A DNA stretch of 61,702 nt, counting the filler, from Chthonomonadaceae bacterium (GTDB taxonomy: Bacteria > Armatimonadota > Chthonomonadetes > Chthonomonadales > Chthonomonadaceae), in NCBI GenBank assembly GCA_035650735.1. It is 4 parts of 4 records of this genome, joined end to end, with 100 filler letters (N's around TTAATTAATTAA, not from the genome) between each part and the next. Parts side by side here need not be neighbours in the genome. Positions count along the whole stretch, not along the records: positions 29,386 to 47,521 come from DASRGZ010000092.1; positions 47,622 to 61,702 come from DASRGZ010000101.1; 2 more parts are not named here. One strand, written 5' to 3'. Within the stretch, counting starts at the first letter, position 1. Each line of letters begins with the position of its first letter. The notes under the pieces were generated by a model. That model saw only the letters and a program-made list of their open reading frames with translations. It ran no database searches and had not been told where the DNA came from. Positions 37,153 to 47,904 of the stretch are shown in pieces. Made by a program: the position numbers and the translations under genes.

Positions 37153-40100
37153 CTACTTCTTGCCGTTGCCGCGTTTGGGCCGGGCGTAGAGGCTATCTCC
37201 GTTGCCGGCCTTTGTGGCCGCCTTGCCCTCCTTGCCGGGGGCGGCGCTGGCCGGGGCCAGTTTGCGCAACTCATTAATTTCATCACGCAGCTCGGCAGCG
37301 TACTCGAAGTTGAGGGCGCGGGCCGCCTCCTTCATCTCCTTCTCTAACTCCTTGATGACCTCCTCGATCTGCGAGAGCGACATCGTGGCCGGGTCGGCTT
37401 TGAGACGGGAGACCGCGTTCTGGGCGCTATAAGCCGCCTTTTCCTCGGCGACGTGCTCGGCCTGGAGAAGCTCGCGAATCGCCTTCCTGACCGTCTGCGG
37501 CGTGATGCCATGCTCCTGGTTAAAGGCGACCTGCTTCTCGCGGCGGCGATTGGTTTCAGCAATGGCCCGCTCCATGCTGCCGGTGATGTTGTCGGCATAC
37601 ATGATGACCTGGCCCTCCACGTTGCGGGCCGCGCGTCCGATGGTCTGAATCAGGGAGGTTTCTGAGCGCAGGAAGCCCTCTTTGTCGGCGTCGAGGATGG
37701 CGACCAGCGATACCTCCGGCAGGTCCAGACCTTCGCGCAGCAGGTTGATGCCCACGATCACATCATGGACGCCCAGGCGCAGGTTGCGCAGGATCTCGGT
37801 GCGCTCCAGGGTCTTGATGTCCGAGTGCAGGTAGTTAACCTTGATGTGCAGGTCTTCCAGGTACTCGGTCAAGTCCTCGGCCATCTTCTTGGTCAGCGTC
37901 GTCACCAGCACGCGCTCGCCCTTCTCCACACGCTGACGTATCTCGCCGATGAGGTCGTCAATCTGGCCTCTGGTCGGCTTGACGACAACCTCCGGGTCTA
38001 CCAGGCCGGTGGGCCGGATGATCTGCTCGACGATCTGCTGGCTGTGCTCGCGCTCGTAGGGGCCGGGCGTGGCCGAGATAAAGAGGGTCTGGCCGATGCG
38101 CTCCTCGAACTCGTGCCACTTGAGCGGGCGGTTGTCAGCGGCAGAGGGCAGGCGAAAGCCGTACTGGATGAGCGTGTCCTTGCGGGACTTGTCGCCGTTG
38201 TACATGCCGCGCAATTGCGGGATCGTCTGGTGGCTCTCGTCAATGACGACCAGGAAGTCCTTCGGGAAGTAATCGAGCAGTGTGTTAGGCGGCGTGCCCG
38301 GCGCGCGCCCATCCAGGAAGCGCGAGTAGTTCTCGATGCCGGAGCAGTAGCCCAGCTCCTTCATCATCTCAAGGTCGAAATTAGTGCGCTGCTCAATACG
38401 CTGCGCCTCCAACAGCTCGCCCCGGCTCTTGAAGTAGGCGATGCGCTCTGCCAGCTCCTCCTCGATCTCGACGATGGCACGCTTCAAGCGCTCCTCGGAG
38501 GTGACGAAGTGGCTGGCCGGGAAGACAGTGATGGTGTCACGCGCGCCCAGGACCTCGCCGGTGAGCGGGTCAGCCAGGGTGATCTTCTCGACCTCATCGC
38601 CGAAGAACTCGACGCGGATGATGATCTCCTCATCGGCGGGCTGTATCTCCAGGACGTCGCCGCGCACGCGGAACGTGCCCCGCGTCAGTTCCAGGTTGTT
38701 GCGCGTAAACTGCATCTCGATCAGGCGGCGCAAGGTCTCCTCGCGGTCGTACTGTCCGCCGCGCTGGAAGGAGAGGATGATATTGCGGTACTCCTCCGGC
38801 GAGCCCAGGCCGTAGATGCAGGAGACGGAGGCGACAATGATCACGTCCCGACGCTCCAGCACGGACTGCGTGGCCGAGTGGCGCAGGCGGTTGATCTCGT
38901 CATTGATGCTGCTGTCCTTCTCAATATAGGTATCGGTCTGCGGGATGTAGGCTTCGGGCTGGTAGTAGTCGTAGTAGGAGACGAAGAACTCGACGGCGTT
39001 CTCCGGGAAGAACTCGCGGAACTCGGAGCAGAGCTGGGCGGCCAGCGTCTTGTTGTGGGCGATGACCAGCGTGGGCCGCTGTACCTTCTCGATGACCTGG
39101 GCAACGGTATAGGTGTTATGCACAAAGACGCCGCCGCGCCCCGTCAGGAAGGTCTCGTACTCCTCTACGCTAAAGTCGTAGACGTATTCGCCGGGAGCGG
39201 GAACTGCCTCGATGGTTTCCAGAGGCGACCAGTGGACGCGGGCCAGGCCGACGAAGGCGGCATCCTCAATGGCAAGCGCCTGGCACAGCCGCGCAAAGAG
39301 CGCCCGCGAGGGATGTCGTCTCCCTTTCTCAATCGCCGACATCATGCTCCGGGAGCAGCCCGCCCGCGCTGCGACCTCGCGCTGAGGCAGGCCCGCTCGC
39401 AGGCGCTCTGCAAGCAGGCGCGGGCCGACGCCATAGACAAGGTCCACGTTCGTGTTGGCGTGATGCAGGCTGCCTGCCAGGGCTTCGGATTTGCGGCGGC
39501 TCAGAAAGCCTATCTCAGCGGCGAATCGCTCCAGGTTCTCCGCGCCGGAGATGGTAAGTTTATAGTAGTGCCCGTATTCACCGTTAGGTTTTCGTTTGCG
39601 CACTTGCCGCAGGCGCGCCCAGATACCGAAACGCAGCAGCGCCTCGGCCAGGTCGGCAGCCAATTCCCGGCTGAGCGTTACGGCGGTGACAGCTCCTCGA
39701 TCCATTCCGCCGTCGCCTTCGAAATAGCCGCGCAGTATAGAAGCCAGTATCCCATTGGAGAGTGCCGGCCAGCAGGCAGGCAGCCGCTTGGCCTGAGCAT
39801 GACCGCCCATCCACGTCTGGAAGAGGTCGCGCCAGGCACGCACGGCGACCACAAAATCGCCGTCTGCGCGACGATAGAAGGCTATGTTGCAGGCTCTCAG
39901 GCAGCGCTCCAGTTCAGCCTGAACTTCGCTTTCGCGCACCGAGAACAGGAAATACCGGGCGGAGGCGTGGCCCTCCGCAAGATATTGGCCCCAAAGGAAG
40001 CCTAGTTCTGTCGTTATCTCCAGTTGCGCCGGGACGGAATAGCGTTTGCCACACAGACGTGTTCGCTGGAGCGTCGTGGTGCCGCGTTCCAGGAGGGCGG

Positions 40101-40800
40101 CGGCAGAGGCCAGGCTCACGCTTTCGCCATAGCGCTGCATACGCCGGACCTTCTCTTGCACGTGGGGATAGAATGGAGAGAGCGCTGCTTTTACTTCGTC
40201 GGCAGGGAACACGATGCCGATATGCACCGCAACGGAAGAGCCGGTAGATTTCAGCAGTTCAAGCAGGTTCAGATGCGACTGTGGGGCGGTTGGTTCCGGG
40301 ATATGCAGGGGAACGGGAAGCGCATCTCCTGGCTGAAGCGCGTCGCCGGGCAGGAGGCAAAGGTGGCTGCCGCGCAGTACCCACACGCTATGATCCCCGG
40401 TAACGGTGACTTCACGCCCGCAGGTCGTTTGCAGGCGATAGAGGCGTTCAGGGCTGCGATGGCGGCTCAGACCGGTGATGCGCTGCCAGGCGGTCTGGCC
40501 GGTAGAGGCATCCCAGGCCAGAATCCGCCACTCGTCTGGCGGGGGGGCCTCTAGCGAGTCGGTAGACTGTGAGGAACCGAACGCCTGATCGAGCAGTTTC
40601 CCAATAGGGCCGCGATAGTAGTGTCCCGTGCCCAGTTGCACGGTGACCGGTTCATCCCAGGCGACGCTCTTGCCCGTGCCTGTGGCCCCTAGCAGCGTCT
40701 GATAGCGATGGCCCTTGTTCAGGCCCTCCACCAACTGCGCAATCGCCTGCGGCTGGTCGCCGCCAGGCTGGTACTCCGAAACCAGCTTAAACCTCGACAC
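37153..40800 (-). CDS. uvrB: Excinuclease ABC subunit B precursor (about 697 aa after splicing) containing an intein
   Basis: [62 protein letters not shown]-terminal UVR domain; GAGGAGG RBS + GTG 40800. Confidence 0.97.
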   Translation of the reverse strand: MSRFKLVSEYQPGGDQPQAIAQLVEGLNKGHRYQTLLGATGTGKSVAWDEPVTVQLGTGHYYRGPIGKLLDQAFGSSQSTDSLEAPPPDEWRILAWDASTGQTAWQRITGLSRHRSPERLYRLQTTCGREVTVTGDHSVWVLRGSHLCLLPGDALQPGDALPVPLHIPEPTAPQSHLNLLELLKSTGSSVAVHIGIVFPADEVKAALSPFYPHVQEKVRRMQRYGESVSLASAAALLERGTTTLQRTRLCGKRYSVPAQLEITTELGFLWGQYLAEGHASARYFLFSVRESEVQAELERCLRACNIAFYRRADGDFVVAVRAWRDLFQTWMGGHAQAKRLPACWPALSNGILASILRGYFEGDGGMDRGAVTAVTLSRELAADLAEALLRFGIWARLRQVRKRKPNGEYGHYYKLTISGAENLERFAAEIGFLSRRKSEALAGSLHHANTNVDLVYGVGPRLLAERLRAGLPQREVAARAGCSRSMMSAIEKGRRHPSRALFARLCQALAIEDAAFVGLARVHWSPLETIEAVPAPGEYVYDFSVEEYETFLTGRGGVFVHNTYTVAQVIEKVQRPTLVIAHNKTLAAQLCSEFREFFPENAVEFFVSYYDYYQPEAYIPQTDTYIEKDSSINDEINRLRHSATQSVLERRDVIIVASVSCIYGLGSPEEYRNIILSFQRGGQYDREETLRRLIEMQFTRNNLELTRGTFRVRGDVLEIQPADEEIIIRVEFFGDEVEKITLADPLTGEVLGARDTITVFPASHFVTSEERLKRAIVEIEEELAERIAYFKSRGELLEAQRIEQRTNFDLEMMKELGYCSGIENYSRFLDGRAPGTPPNTLLDYFPKDFLVVIDESHQTIPQLRGMYNGDKSRKDTLIQYGFRLPSAADNRPLKWHEFEERIGQTLFISATPGPYEREHSQQIVEQIIRPTGLVDPEVVVKPTRGQIDDLIGEIRQRVEKGERVLVTTLTKKMAEDLTEYLEDLHIKVNYLHSDIKTLERTEILRNLRLGVHDVIVGINLLREGLDLPEVSLVAILDADKEGFLRSETSLIQTIGRAARNVEGQVIMYADNITGSMERAIAETNRRREKQVAFNQEHGITPQTVRKAIRELLQAEHVAEEKAAYSAQNAVSRLKADPATMSLSQIEEVIKELEKEMKEAARALNFEYAAELRDEINELRKLAPASAAPGKEGKAATKAGNGDSLYARPKRGNGKK
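39115..40668 (-). mobile_element. Intein (518 aa) with LAGLIDADG homing endonuclease and XRE-type HTH
   Basis: Starts SVAWDEPV; block [15 protein letters not shown] and LRGYFEGDG; block F VYDFSV; ends VFVHN followed by Thr+1. Confidence 0.95.
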
Positions 40801-40998
40801 GTTGCGCCTCCTCACCCCTGCAATAACTAGAAAGCGAACCCGCCCGCGAGTCCGCTTTCTAGTTATAATCACTACACTATAGTATACCACATTGACGTCT
40901 CATCTGCGGTTTTTGACGGGCAGGAATTCCTCACTTTCAGGCAGAAGCAGTCTCCAATATGGACGGGATGTCTTCGATACCGAGTTGGGCTATGAGCA

Positions 40999-41235
40999 GG
41001 CTCCTTCTGTTCTTGGTTGCGGGCGAATGAATTCGCTGCAACTAAGGCACCAAGTCCGCCTTTACAGACTCTTGCGGTTTGTGGTATATCGTTACCTCTG
41101 AGCAAATCTGATGCTGCAACTAAGGCACCAAGTCCGCCTTTGCAGACTCCTCTCTCCCCTCTCCCGCAGCGTGAGGGTCGCTAGGCGGAGGCGCGAACCG
41201 TTGAGCGCCGACCCTAGCAGTGGGCCGGGGGGGAG
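40999..41235. repeat. REP-like units (two direct copies) plus short inverted copy of the 89-bp element
   Basis: GCTGCAACTAAGGCACCAAGTCCGCCTTTRCAGACTC at 41035-41071 and 41113-41149; 41177-41221 resembles 45691-45787. Confidence 0.85.
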
Positions 41236-41902
41236 GGCAGTCGCCTGCGGGGGCCGGACGGAACTCCGGAGTGGGACGACCCTGCTGCAAGGCCAGCATG
41301 ATCTCCCGCAGGCGTTCCGCGCCCAGTTTGTGGGCTTCGCCGCCCTTAGCGCCCTCCGTCAGCTCCGCGACGGTCACCGGCCGTCCGAAGCGCACGATAA
41401 TGCGTCGGTGCGCGTGGCCTGGGATGAGCTTGCCATAGGGCAGCAGGCTGTCCGTGCCCTCGATGATGGTGGGAATGATGGGCACGCCGGCACGCTGCGC
41501 TACCAGCAGCACACCCGGCAGCAGCGGCTGCAACTGGCCGTTCTGGCTCAGCTTGCCTTCCGGGAAGATGACGACCGCCTCGCCCTGCTTTAACAGCTCC
41601 TCGGTATAGCGCAGTGCGGCGCGGTCGGCGGAATAGCGTTTGATCGGAAATCCGTGCATCACGCGCATAATCAGGCCGAGGATGGGAATCCGGAACAACT
41701 CCTCTTTGGCCATAAAGTAGCAGGGACGCGGTAAGGCCACGCCCACCGCCGGGGGATCTGCATCGCTGATGTGGTTGGGGGCGATGAGCACCCCGCCCTG
41801 TTTGGGTACGTTCGTCCGGCCTTCATACCGGATGCCGCCCAGCAGGGCAAAAAGCACGCGAAAGGTTATCCAGAAAATAGGCCGTATCAGTCTATAGAGC
41901 AC
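41120..41902 (-). CDS. plsC: 1-acyl-sn-glycerol-3-phosphate acyltransferase
   Basis: NHISDAD, FMAKEELF, FPIKR, IFPEG, VPIIP; GTG start at 41902 or 41911. Confidence 0.92.
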   Translation of the reverse strand: MLYRLIRPIFWITFRVLFALLGGIRYEGRTNVPKQGGVLIAPNHISDADPPAVGVALPRPCYFMAKEELFRIPILGLIMRVMHGFPIKRYSADRAALRYTEELLKQGEAVVIFPEGKLSQNGQLQPLLPGVLLVAQRAGVPIIPTIIEGTDSLLPYGKLIPGHAHRRIIVRFGRPVTVAELTEGAKGGEAHKLGAERLREIMLALQQGRPTPEFRPAPAGDCPPPRPTARVGAQRFAPPPSDPHAAGEGREESAKADLVP

Positions 41903-42229
41903 CGGTTCCACTCCTCTCCTGCGCGTCTGGCGGCTCTGCCCGTCCTCGGCGCTTGTTGCAGGATTATAGCATATATGCGGGCGGGCTGGCATGAGCCGAA
42001 AGACCCGATTTCTGCTCGGCGCGCATGGGCCGAAAGGTTCAAATTTCTGTCCTACGCGCTTAGCCGCCGATTCTCAGAAAAAAACCTATCGCATCAAGAT
42101 ACGCAGAGCAGCCGATTTGGTGCCTTCGTGGACTGGCAGAAAGAGCGCTTTCCCTGCTCGGTTGGGAATCAAGCACCCTCCGCTAAGGTTCCGCTTTGCC
42201 GGGTCATTCATGGCCCGGTTGCCCCCGTT

Positions 42230-42258
42230 TTGACAGGGAAAGCCGGAGGTGCTATAAT
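42230..42258 (+). promoter_or_regulatory. Perfect-consensus sigma70 promoter
   Basis: TTGACA (42230-42235), 17 bp, TATAAT (42253-42258), extended -10 TG. Confidence 0.88.
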
Positions 42259-42280
42259 GTGCTTTCCAGGAGGTAAGGCT

Positions 42281-43468
42281 TTGAAAAGGATAGACACCCC
42301 CCCTTATGATTGCAGTCAGAGGCCCGCATCCCTATCGTCGCCGGCTCCGCGGAGGCAGCATCTAGCCTATGCGGGCGGCCTGATAGTGGCAGGCGGCCTG
42401 CTCGCCCTGGGCGGAGCCGCTCTGCGCGCCGATACGCCCCGCCCTGCAAAGACAGGCCAAACTGCGGCGACCTCGGCAGCTTCTCGCCCCGCCCAACTGG
42501 CCTACGATTTCAAGCCGGGAGCGACGTACCACTATAAAGTCACCGGCTTTTTTACCGGTCATTTTCCGCCTTTTTCTCAACCGGGCAGCCCGCCCATCAA
42601 CCTGAAAGCGCAACTGGAGTACAGCGCCACCGTCAAGAAGCGCGACGACAAGGGCGCCGAGGTAGACTTTGTCGTGGATGCCGCCGATGTCAGCCTGCTG
42701 GAAAAGGAGCCGGGGCCGGATGGCAAAATTGATCCCAACTCCGAGATTCCGTTCCCGCTGCCGCTGGCGCAGGTGCAGCAGACCCTCAACGTCACGGCGG
42801 TACTGCGCCCGGACGGCTCCGTTGCCAGCGTTCAGGGCGGCAACGCGCCCCCCGTTCGGATTGACCTGGGCCTGGACCTGCGCAAGCTCTTCCTGCTGAT
42901 CATGCCCGTCACCTTCCCGGACAGGCCCCTCCACGTCAATGATAGCTGGAATTTCCAGGATGGAGTGCTCGGCAACAAACCCGGCAAAGTGAGCTACACT
43001 GCGCACCTGCTCGATGTCCGCCCGACAGCCAGGAACCTGGCCTTCCGCATCGGCCAGAACGCCGAGGCCGCCATTGACGATAAACGCAACAAGGAGGGCA
43101 AATCCACCGACAATCCCTCCGAGGCCGTGGAGGCGCTCAACGGCAAAGTTACCGTCAGCGGCGACCTGCTCTTTGTCACGCCAGCGGTACGCACAGGCAA
43201 CCAGGGAGACAAGGGCGCCGCCGCCAACCCCGATCTGCGCCTGGGACGGGTGGAGAAAGGGCAGCTTGTCATGAGCGCACTGCTGACCCGCAAGCGCGCC
43301 GCCGCCGACCCGGAGCATCCCGAGGAGCCGCTGGAAAGCAAGATAGATGTCAGGGCGCGCCTGTTTGTGCAGGTGGAAGCCGGCCCCGGCAAACCTGCCG
43401 GGGCCATCTCGCAAACTCCCTCCGCTCCCGTCGTTGCCGACAAGAGAAAGGATAAGAAGAATCCATGA
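42281..43468 (+). CDS. Exported beta-rich protein, paralog 1 (DUF6263-like)
   Basis: AGGAGGT RBS + TTG; hydrophobic signal; YDFKPGATYHY and FPDRPLHVNDSW motifs. Confidence 0.75.
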   Translation: MKRIDTPPYDCSQRPASLSSPAPRRQHLAYAGGLIVAGGLLALGGAALRADTPRPAKTGQTAATSAASRPAQLAYDFKPGATYHYKVTGFFTGHFPPFSQPGSPPINLKAQLEYSATVKKRDDKGAEVDFVVDAADVSLLEKEPGPDGKIDPNSEIPFPLPLAQVQQTLNVTAVLRPDGSVASVQGGNAPPVRIDLGLDLRKLFLLIMPVTFPDRPLHVNDSWNFQDGVLGNKPGKVSYTAHLLDVRPTARNLAFRIGQNAEAAIDDKRNKEGKSTDNPSEAVEALNGKVTVSGDLLFVTPAVRTGNQGDKGAAANPDLRLGRVEKGQLVMSALLTRKRAAADPEHPEEPLESKIDVRARLFVQVEAGPGKPAGAISQTPSAPVVADKRKDKKNP

Positions 43469-44301
43469 AAGTCCTGAACCAATCGAGCCTGCTGCGCCTC
43501 TGCCTGGCGGGGGCGCTCGTCGCCGCGCTGCCTCTCGCCGTTCCCCAGTTCGTCCGCGCCCAGGATGCGCAGGACACCACGCCCTACACCTGGCAGTTCA
43601 ACTATAAGAAGGGCGATGTCTCCCGATACCGGGTGACGGGCAGCCTATCCGGACAACTGCCCAACGACTCCGGCGACCTGAGTATCGTCCTCAAGAGCGT
43701 GATGAAGGAGGAAGTCAAGAACACTACCGATGTCGGAGAGGCAGACCTGGGCAACACCATGGAATCCATGGAAATAAGCGTCAACGGCCAGCCTTTCCCG
43801 AGTAATTCCGATAACCAGCCTACGGTCACGATGACGGTGAACCGCAATGGCCTGGTGCTCAAGCGCAGCGCGGAGAACAACCAGCCCGGCCTGGAGCAAA
43901 TCATCGCGCTGGGTACGCTGCTGTCGAACATGCCAGTTCCGCCGATGCCGGTCAAGATCGGCGATACCTGGAAGACGGAATTGGATAATCCCCTCGTCGA
44001 GGGCAAGAAAGTCACGCTGACCTCGAAACTGGTCGGCAAGGAGAAGGTCGCCGGAATAGACACCCTCAAGGTGCGCGTGGAGACCTCCGTTCCCACTAAG
44101 GACGGGGCGGAGGCGAAAGATACCATCAAGGCGGAGGGCGTCTATAACGTCGACCCGCAGGCGGGCCGCCTGGTGCGCTCCTCCTACGACGTTACGAACC
44201 TGGATATGCAGGCTCCGTTCGGCACCCTCAAAAATATGAGCCAGAAGCTCACCCTGATCGTTCCCGGAGTCAACGACAAGGAAGAGACGGCCAAGCCGTA
44301 G
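43465..44301 (+). CDS. Exported beta-rich protein, paralog 2 (DUF6263-like)
   Basis: ATGA overlap with paralog 1; signal peptide; FNYKKGDVSRY and PPMPVKIGDTW. Confidence 0.8.
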   Translation: MKVLNQSSLLRLCLAGALVAALPLAVPQFVRAQDAQDTTPYTWQFNYKKGDVSRYRVTGSLSGQLPNDSGDLSIVLKSVMKEEVKNTTDVGEADLGNTMESMEISVNGQPFPSNSDNQPTVTMTVNRNGLVLKRSAENNQPGLEQIIALGTLLSNMPVPPMPVKIGDTWKTELDNPLVEGKKVTLTSKLVGKEKVAGIDTLKVRVETSVPTKDGAEAKDTIKAEGVYNVDPQAGRLVRSSYDVTNLDMQAPFGTLKNMSQKLTLIVPGVNDKEETAKP

Positions 44302-44337
44302 CCGATGGAGGACACCCGCTCTCCGGACGGGTGACAG

Positions 44338-45405
44338 ATGGAAAGAAACAAAGAAATCCCGATGAAGTTCATGTCTCGTTTCTGCTCTCCGGGCGCGCGG
44401 GGCCGACAAGCGCGCCGCAGCGTATGGATTGGGACCGGGATGCTGGCGCTGGCGTGCGCAGCGGCTCTTCCCGCCGCGCGTGCCCAGCAGACGGCGCCGT
44501 CGCCGCAATCCCCTGCCGCCGATAATCGCACCTTTACGCTGGCCTCCCACTTTGAGAAAGGGCAGATCAGCCGCTACCAGACCCAGGGCGCAATGACGCT
44601 CTCGTTCAACCAGAACCCGGAGGGCGGCGGCCTCAACTCCGGCCTGACCACAGGGTTTGATATTACCTTTCGGTATAAGGTGCTGGAGACGCAGCCCAAT
44701 GGCTCTACGCTGCTCTCCATCATCTCCGAGGGCGGCAAGCAGATGAACCCGCCCGACCCGCCAATATCGCTTCCCAAAGAGCCGGACAACTATCCCCGCA
44801 CCGCTACGCTGGATAGGCAGGACAAGGTTCTGGAGCTCAAAGATCCGCCCCGCGCCGCTGCGGGCGGAGCCCTGGAGGGATTGTTCGGCCAGCAATCTAA
44901 CATCTTGATACAACTGCACTTTCTGCCGCTGCCGGAGAAGCCGATTAAGGTCGGCGATACCTGGTCGGTGCGCTATTCACGGGCCGGCGCTCGCCAGGAA
45001 CAGGCCCACAATGCCAGCACCTCGGAAAACGCCGACGCCCCGGGCACGGTTCAGGAGCGCCTGACGCTGCTGGGCACGGAAAAAGTGGGCGATCAGGAGA
45101 CGCTTAAGATCAAGCAGGAGATCACCCTTCCCTTTGAAGGGCTCATGGATGCAGAAGGCAAGCCTACCACCGATGCAAAGAAAGCTGCCGGGCATGTCAC
45201 GGCTCATATTGAGTTCACCCAGATGGTCAATGCCCTGCCGACCGATGGGCAAGTGCTGCGCAGCCAGGGCGATATCGGGGGGTGGGTTAAGTTCGAGGGA
45301 GAGGTGGCCAAGCAGCTCCCCAACGACACCGTGCATCTTGGCGGCAAGCTCTCCGCCGTTCGCCTCCCGGATAAGGGGCCAGTAGCAGCGCCGCCGGGCA
45401 AATAA
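44338..45405 (+). CDS. Exported beta-rich protein, paralog 3 (DUF6263-like)
   Basis: Signal peptide ending ARA-Q; SHFEKGQISRY and LPEKPIKVGDTW; start may be 44362. Confidence 0.8.
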   Translation: MERNKEIPMKFMSRFCSPGARGRQARRSVWIGTGMLALACAAALPAARAQQTAPSPQSPAADNRTFTLASHFEKGQISRYQTQGAMTLSFNQNPEGGGLNSGLTTGFDITFRYKVLETQPNGSTLLSIISEGGKQMNPPDPPISLPKEPDNYPRTATLDRQDKVLELKDPPRAAAGGALEGLFGQQSNILIQLHFLPLPEKPIKVGDTWSVRYSRAGARQEQAHNASTSENADAPGTVQERLTLLGTEKVGDQETLKIKQEITLPFEGLMDAEGKPTTDAKKAAGHVTAHIEFTQMVNALPTDGQVLRSQGDIGGWVKFEGEVAKQLPNDTVHLGGKLSAVRLPDKGPVAAPPGK

Positions 45406-45810
45406 GACCTACCCCCCTGGCTCTAGTGGCCCTCACCCCCAACCCCTCTCCCGGCGCTGCGGGAGAGGGGAGAGGCCCCACCCCCAACCCCTCCCCCAAG
45501 AACAGGGGAGGGGAGAGTCAGCGTTGGCTTCTGCTCCCCCTTCTCCCTTGTAGGGAGAAGGGCCGGGGAGGAGGGGAGATAAAAGGGAACGGAAGAACCT
45601 AAGAGTGAAGCCCTCTCCCCTCTCCTTGCGAAGGAGAGGGGCCGGGGGTGAGGTCTTTCCCCTCTCCCGCAGCGTCGGGGGTCGCAAGGTGTCGCTAGGC
45701 GGAGGGCTGTCGCGAGGCGGAGGCAAGGGCCGTAACCCTGCCGACCCTGGCAGTGGCCCGAACCGTTGTAGCGCCGACCCTAGCAGTGGGGGACGGGGGG
45801 TTAGGTCCAG
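45405..45810. repeat. Large composite intergenic repeat cluster
   Basis: Multiple C/G-run palindromes plus an inverted variant of the 89-bp element at 45691-45787. Confidence 0.85.
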
Positions 45811-45872
45811 AAGGGCCGGCAGTGAGGCTTGCCAGGGGCGCAAAGTCCAACCCAAAACGTGGAGAATGAAGT

Positions 45873-46793
45873 ATGCGGCTATCCAATATGGAGGTTTCGA
45901 GAACAACCCGTTCCGCGGGCCGGCGCAATGTAGTCCGCTGGGGCCTGTGCGCGCTGCTGTTGCTGCCTCTAATGGCCTATGCCGGGCAGGGAGCGAACGG
46001 GCCGTTCCTGCTGCGCATGCGGTTCAAACAGGGCGAGATCAATAAGTACCGAACGATGGTGCAGGCCACGATGACAATGACTCAGCCCAACCAGCCCCAG
46101 CCGATGACTATCCCCATCACCATGAATATGGTGCAGGAGCAGAAGGTGCTCAGGGCCGATCCCAACGGCGGCGGGGAGGTCATAGTGACGCTGATGGACC
46201 AGCATAACACGCTAGGCACGCAGCCTATGGTCGGGCAGAACATTCCGCCCCTCACGCTGCGCTTTGATCCCCTGGGTCGGGCGACCTCAATCAAGGGCAT
46301 ACCCGCCAATAATCCGGCATCGAATATGCTCAATGGGCCCATGAATGTGAGCGGGCTAATCGGCGTGGGTGTATCCCTGCCCGCCAGAGCCGTCAAACCG
46401 GGCGATAAGTGGACGCAGCCGATCAGCCTGCCGGGCATCACCGGCGTCGGGAAGGCCACGTCCACCTTCTTGCGGGTCGAAAACGTCGGCCACTTTCGCA
46501 CCGCCCGTATCCGCACGCGCGTCTCGATCCCGATGAACATGCTGATGGATGCCAGGGGCCAGCCGACGCGCTCGGCCAGCCAGGCGATCCTGACCATGGC
46601 CGGCTCGACTGCGATGACGGTGGACAATAACCTGGCCATTGCCGAGGGCAAGCTGATCAAAGCGGGTGGGAACGGCGTGATCACGCTGGCGATGAAGCCT
46701 AACCGGCCTGCCCGCAGCGGCCCGCGCCCGGGTGTGCCCAACAACATGAAGATGCGGATTTCGATGAACGTGGCAACGGAGCTGGTGCAGTAG
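45873..46793 (+). CDS. Exported beta-rich protein, paralog 4 (DUF6263-like)
   Basis: Signal peptide ending AYA; MRFKQGEINKY and LPARAVKPGDKW. Confidence 0.8.
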   Translation: MRLSNMEVSRTTRSAGRRNVVRWGLCALLLLPLMAYAGQGANGPFLLRMRFKQGEINKYRTMVQATMTMTQPNQPQPMTIPITMNMVQEQKVLRADPNGGGEVIVTLMDQHNTLGTQPMVGQNIPPLTLRFDPLGRATSIKGIPANNPASNMLNGPMNVSGLIGVGVSLPARAVKPGDKWTQPISLPGITGVGKATSTFLRVENVGHFRTARIRTRVSIPMNMLMDARGQPTRSASQAILTMAGSTAMTVDNNLAIAEGKLIKAGGNGVITLAMKPNRPARSGPRPGVPNNMKMRISMNVATELVQ

Positions 46794-46827
46794 TCTCTGT
46801 GCTGTCAGAAGAGGAGGAAGAAGGACC

Positions 46828-47521
46828 ATGTCTGTCGCAGTAGAGCTAGAGCGGCGGTTAAGCGCGGCGACCGCAGACTTCCTGGACTACCTGGAGAACT
46901 GGATGGAGAGCCTGGCCCCGATGACGCTGGAGAGCCTGCTGGCCGAGGCGGGCGGGCCGCAGCATGTCGGCCTCTTCAGCGTGGACGTCATCAACGGCTT
47001 CTGCCATGAGGGGCCGCTCTACAGCCCGCGCGTCCAGCGTATCGTCCGGCCCATCGTGCAGCTGTTCACCGCTGCGCACGCTGCCGGCGTCGAGCACTTT
47101 GTGCTGACCCAGGACACGCACGACCCCAATGCTGCCGAGTTCGCCTCCTACCCGCCCCACTGCATTCGCGACACCAGCGAGTCGCAGACCGTGCCGGAAC
47201 TGGCCGTGCTGCCCTTCGCCGCGCAGTTTACGGTGCTGCCCAAAAACTCTATCCACTCCGCCATCGGCACGGGGCTGGATGCCTGGTTGGCGGCCCATCC
47301 ACAGGTCACGCACCGCATCGTCGTCGGCGATTGCACCGACCTATGCACCTACCACCTGGCCCTGCATCTTCAGTTTAGCGCTAATGCCGCCAACAAGATT
47401 GCCCCGGTCTATGTCCCAGCCGATTGCGTGGATACCTACGATGTGCCGGTGGAGACTGCCAGGGAACTCGGCATTCCCCCGCATCCGGCGGACCTCTTCC
47501 ATCCGTTGTTCCTCTACAGCA
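46828..47521 (+). CDS. Isochorismatase/nicotinamidase-family cysteine hydrolase (truncated by contig end)
   Basis: VDVINGF, QDTH, YPPHC, PKNS, VGDCTDLC. Confidence 0.9.
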
Positions 47522-47621
47522 NNNNNNNNNNNNNNNNNNNNNNNNNNNNNNNNNNNNNNNNNNNNTTAATTAATTAANNNNNNNNNNNNNNNNNNNNNNN
47601 NNNNNNNNNNNNNNNNNNNNN
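47522..47621. other. Artificial contig linker
   Basis: N-run + TTAATTAATTAA + N-run. Confidence 0.97.
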
Positions 47622-47904
47622 CCGCCTTGCCACAGCCCTCCGCCTCGCGACACCTAGCGACCTCTACGGGGACACCACAGAGCTTATCGCAAGGGAGTGC
47701 CCGCGTAGGCGGGCACTGGGCCGGAGGCCACCCAGCGAAGGGCTTTAGCCCGTCGAAAACAAGGGTCCGCCCTTGAACCCTACAAGGGAAGGGGGCCGGG
47801 GGGTTAGGTTAAAAAGGCCGGAAATAAGGCAAATGTGGTATAATATATACAGACAAAAGTGAACATAAACTGCCTATTTTATCTCAGAAGGAGCGCGCTG
47901 CCGC

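Noticed and set aside
41771..42280. Long N-terminal extensions in the ORF track (also uvrB 40801-40890, 27315-27656, 5633-5746)
   Set aside because: Better RBS-supported starts lie downstream; the extensions overlap promoters or opposite-strand genes.
45433..46045. ORFs in repeat clusters (also 2806-3310, 7307-7597, 36929-37286, 55839-56341)
   Set aside because: Translations of intergenic repeats giving recurring PSP/GEG peptides; no RBS or domain support.
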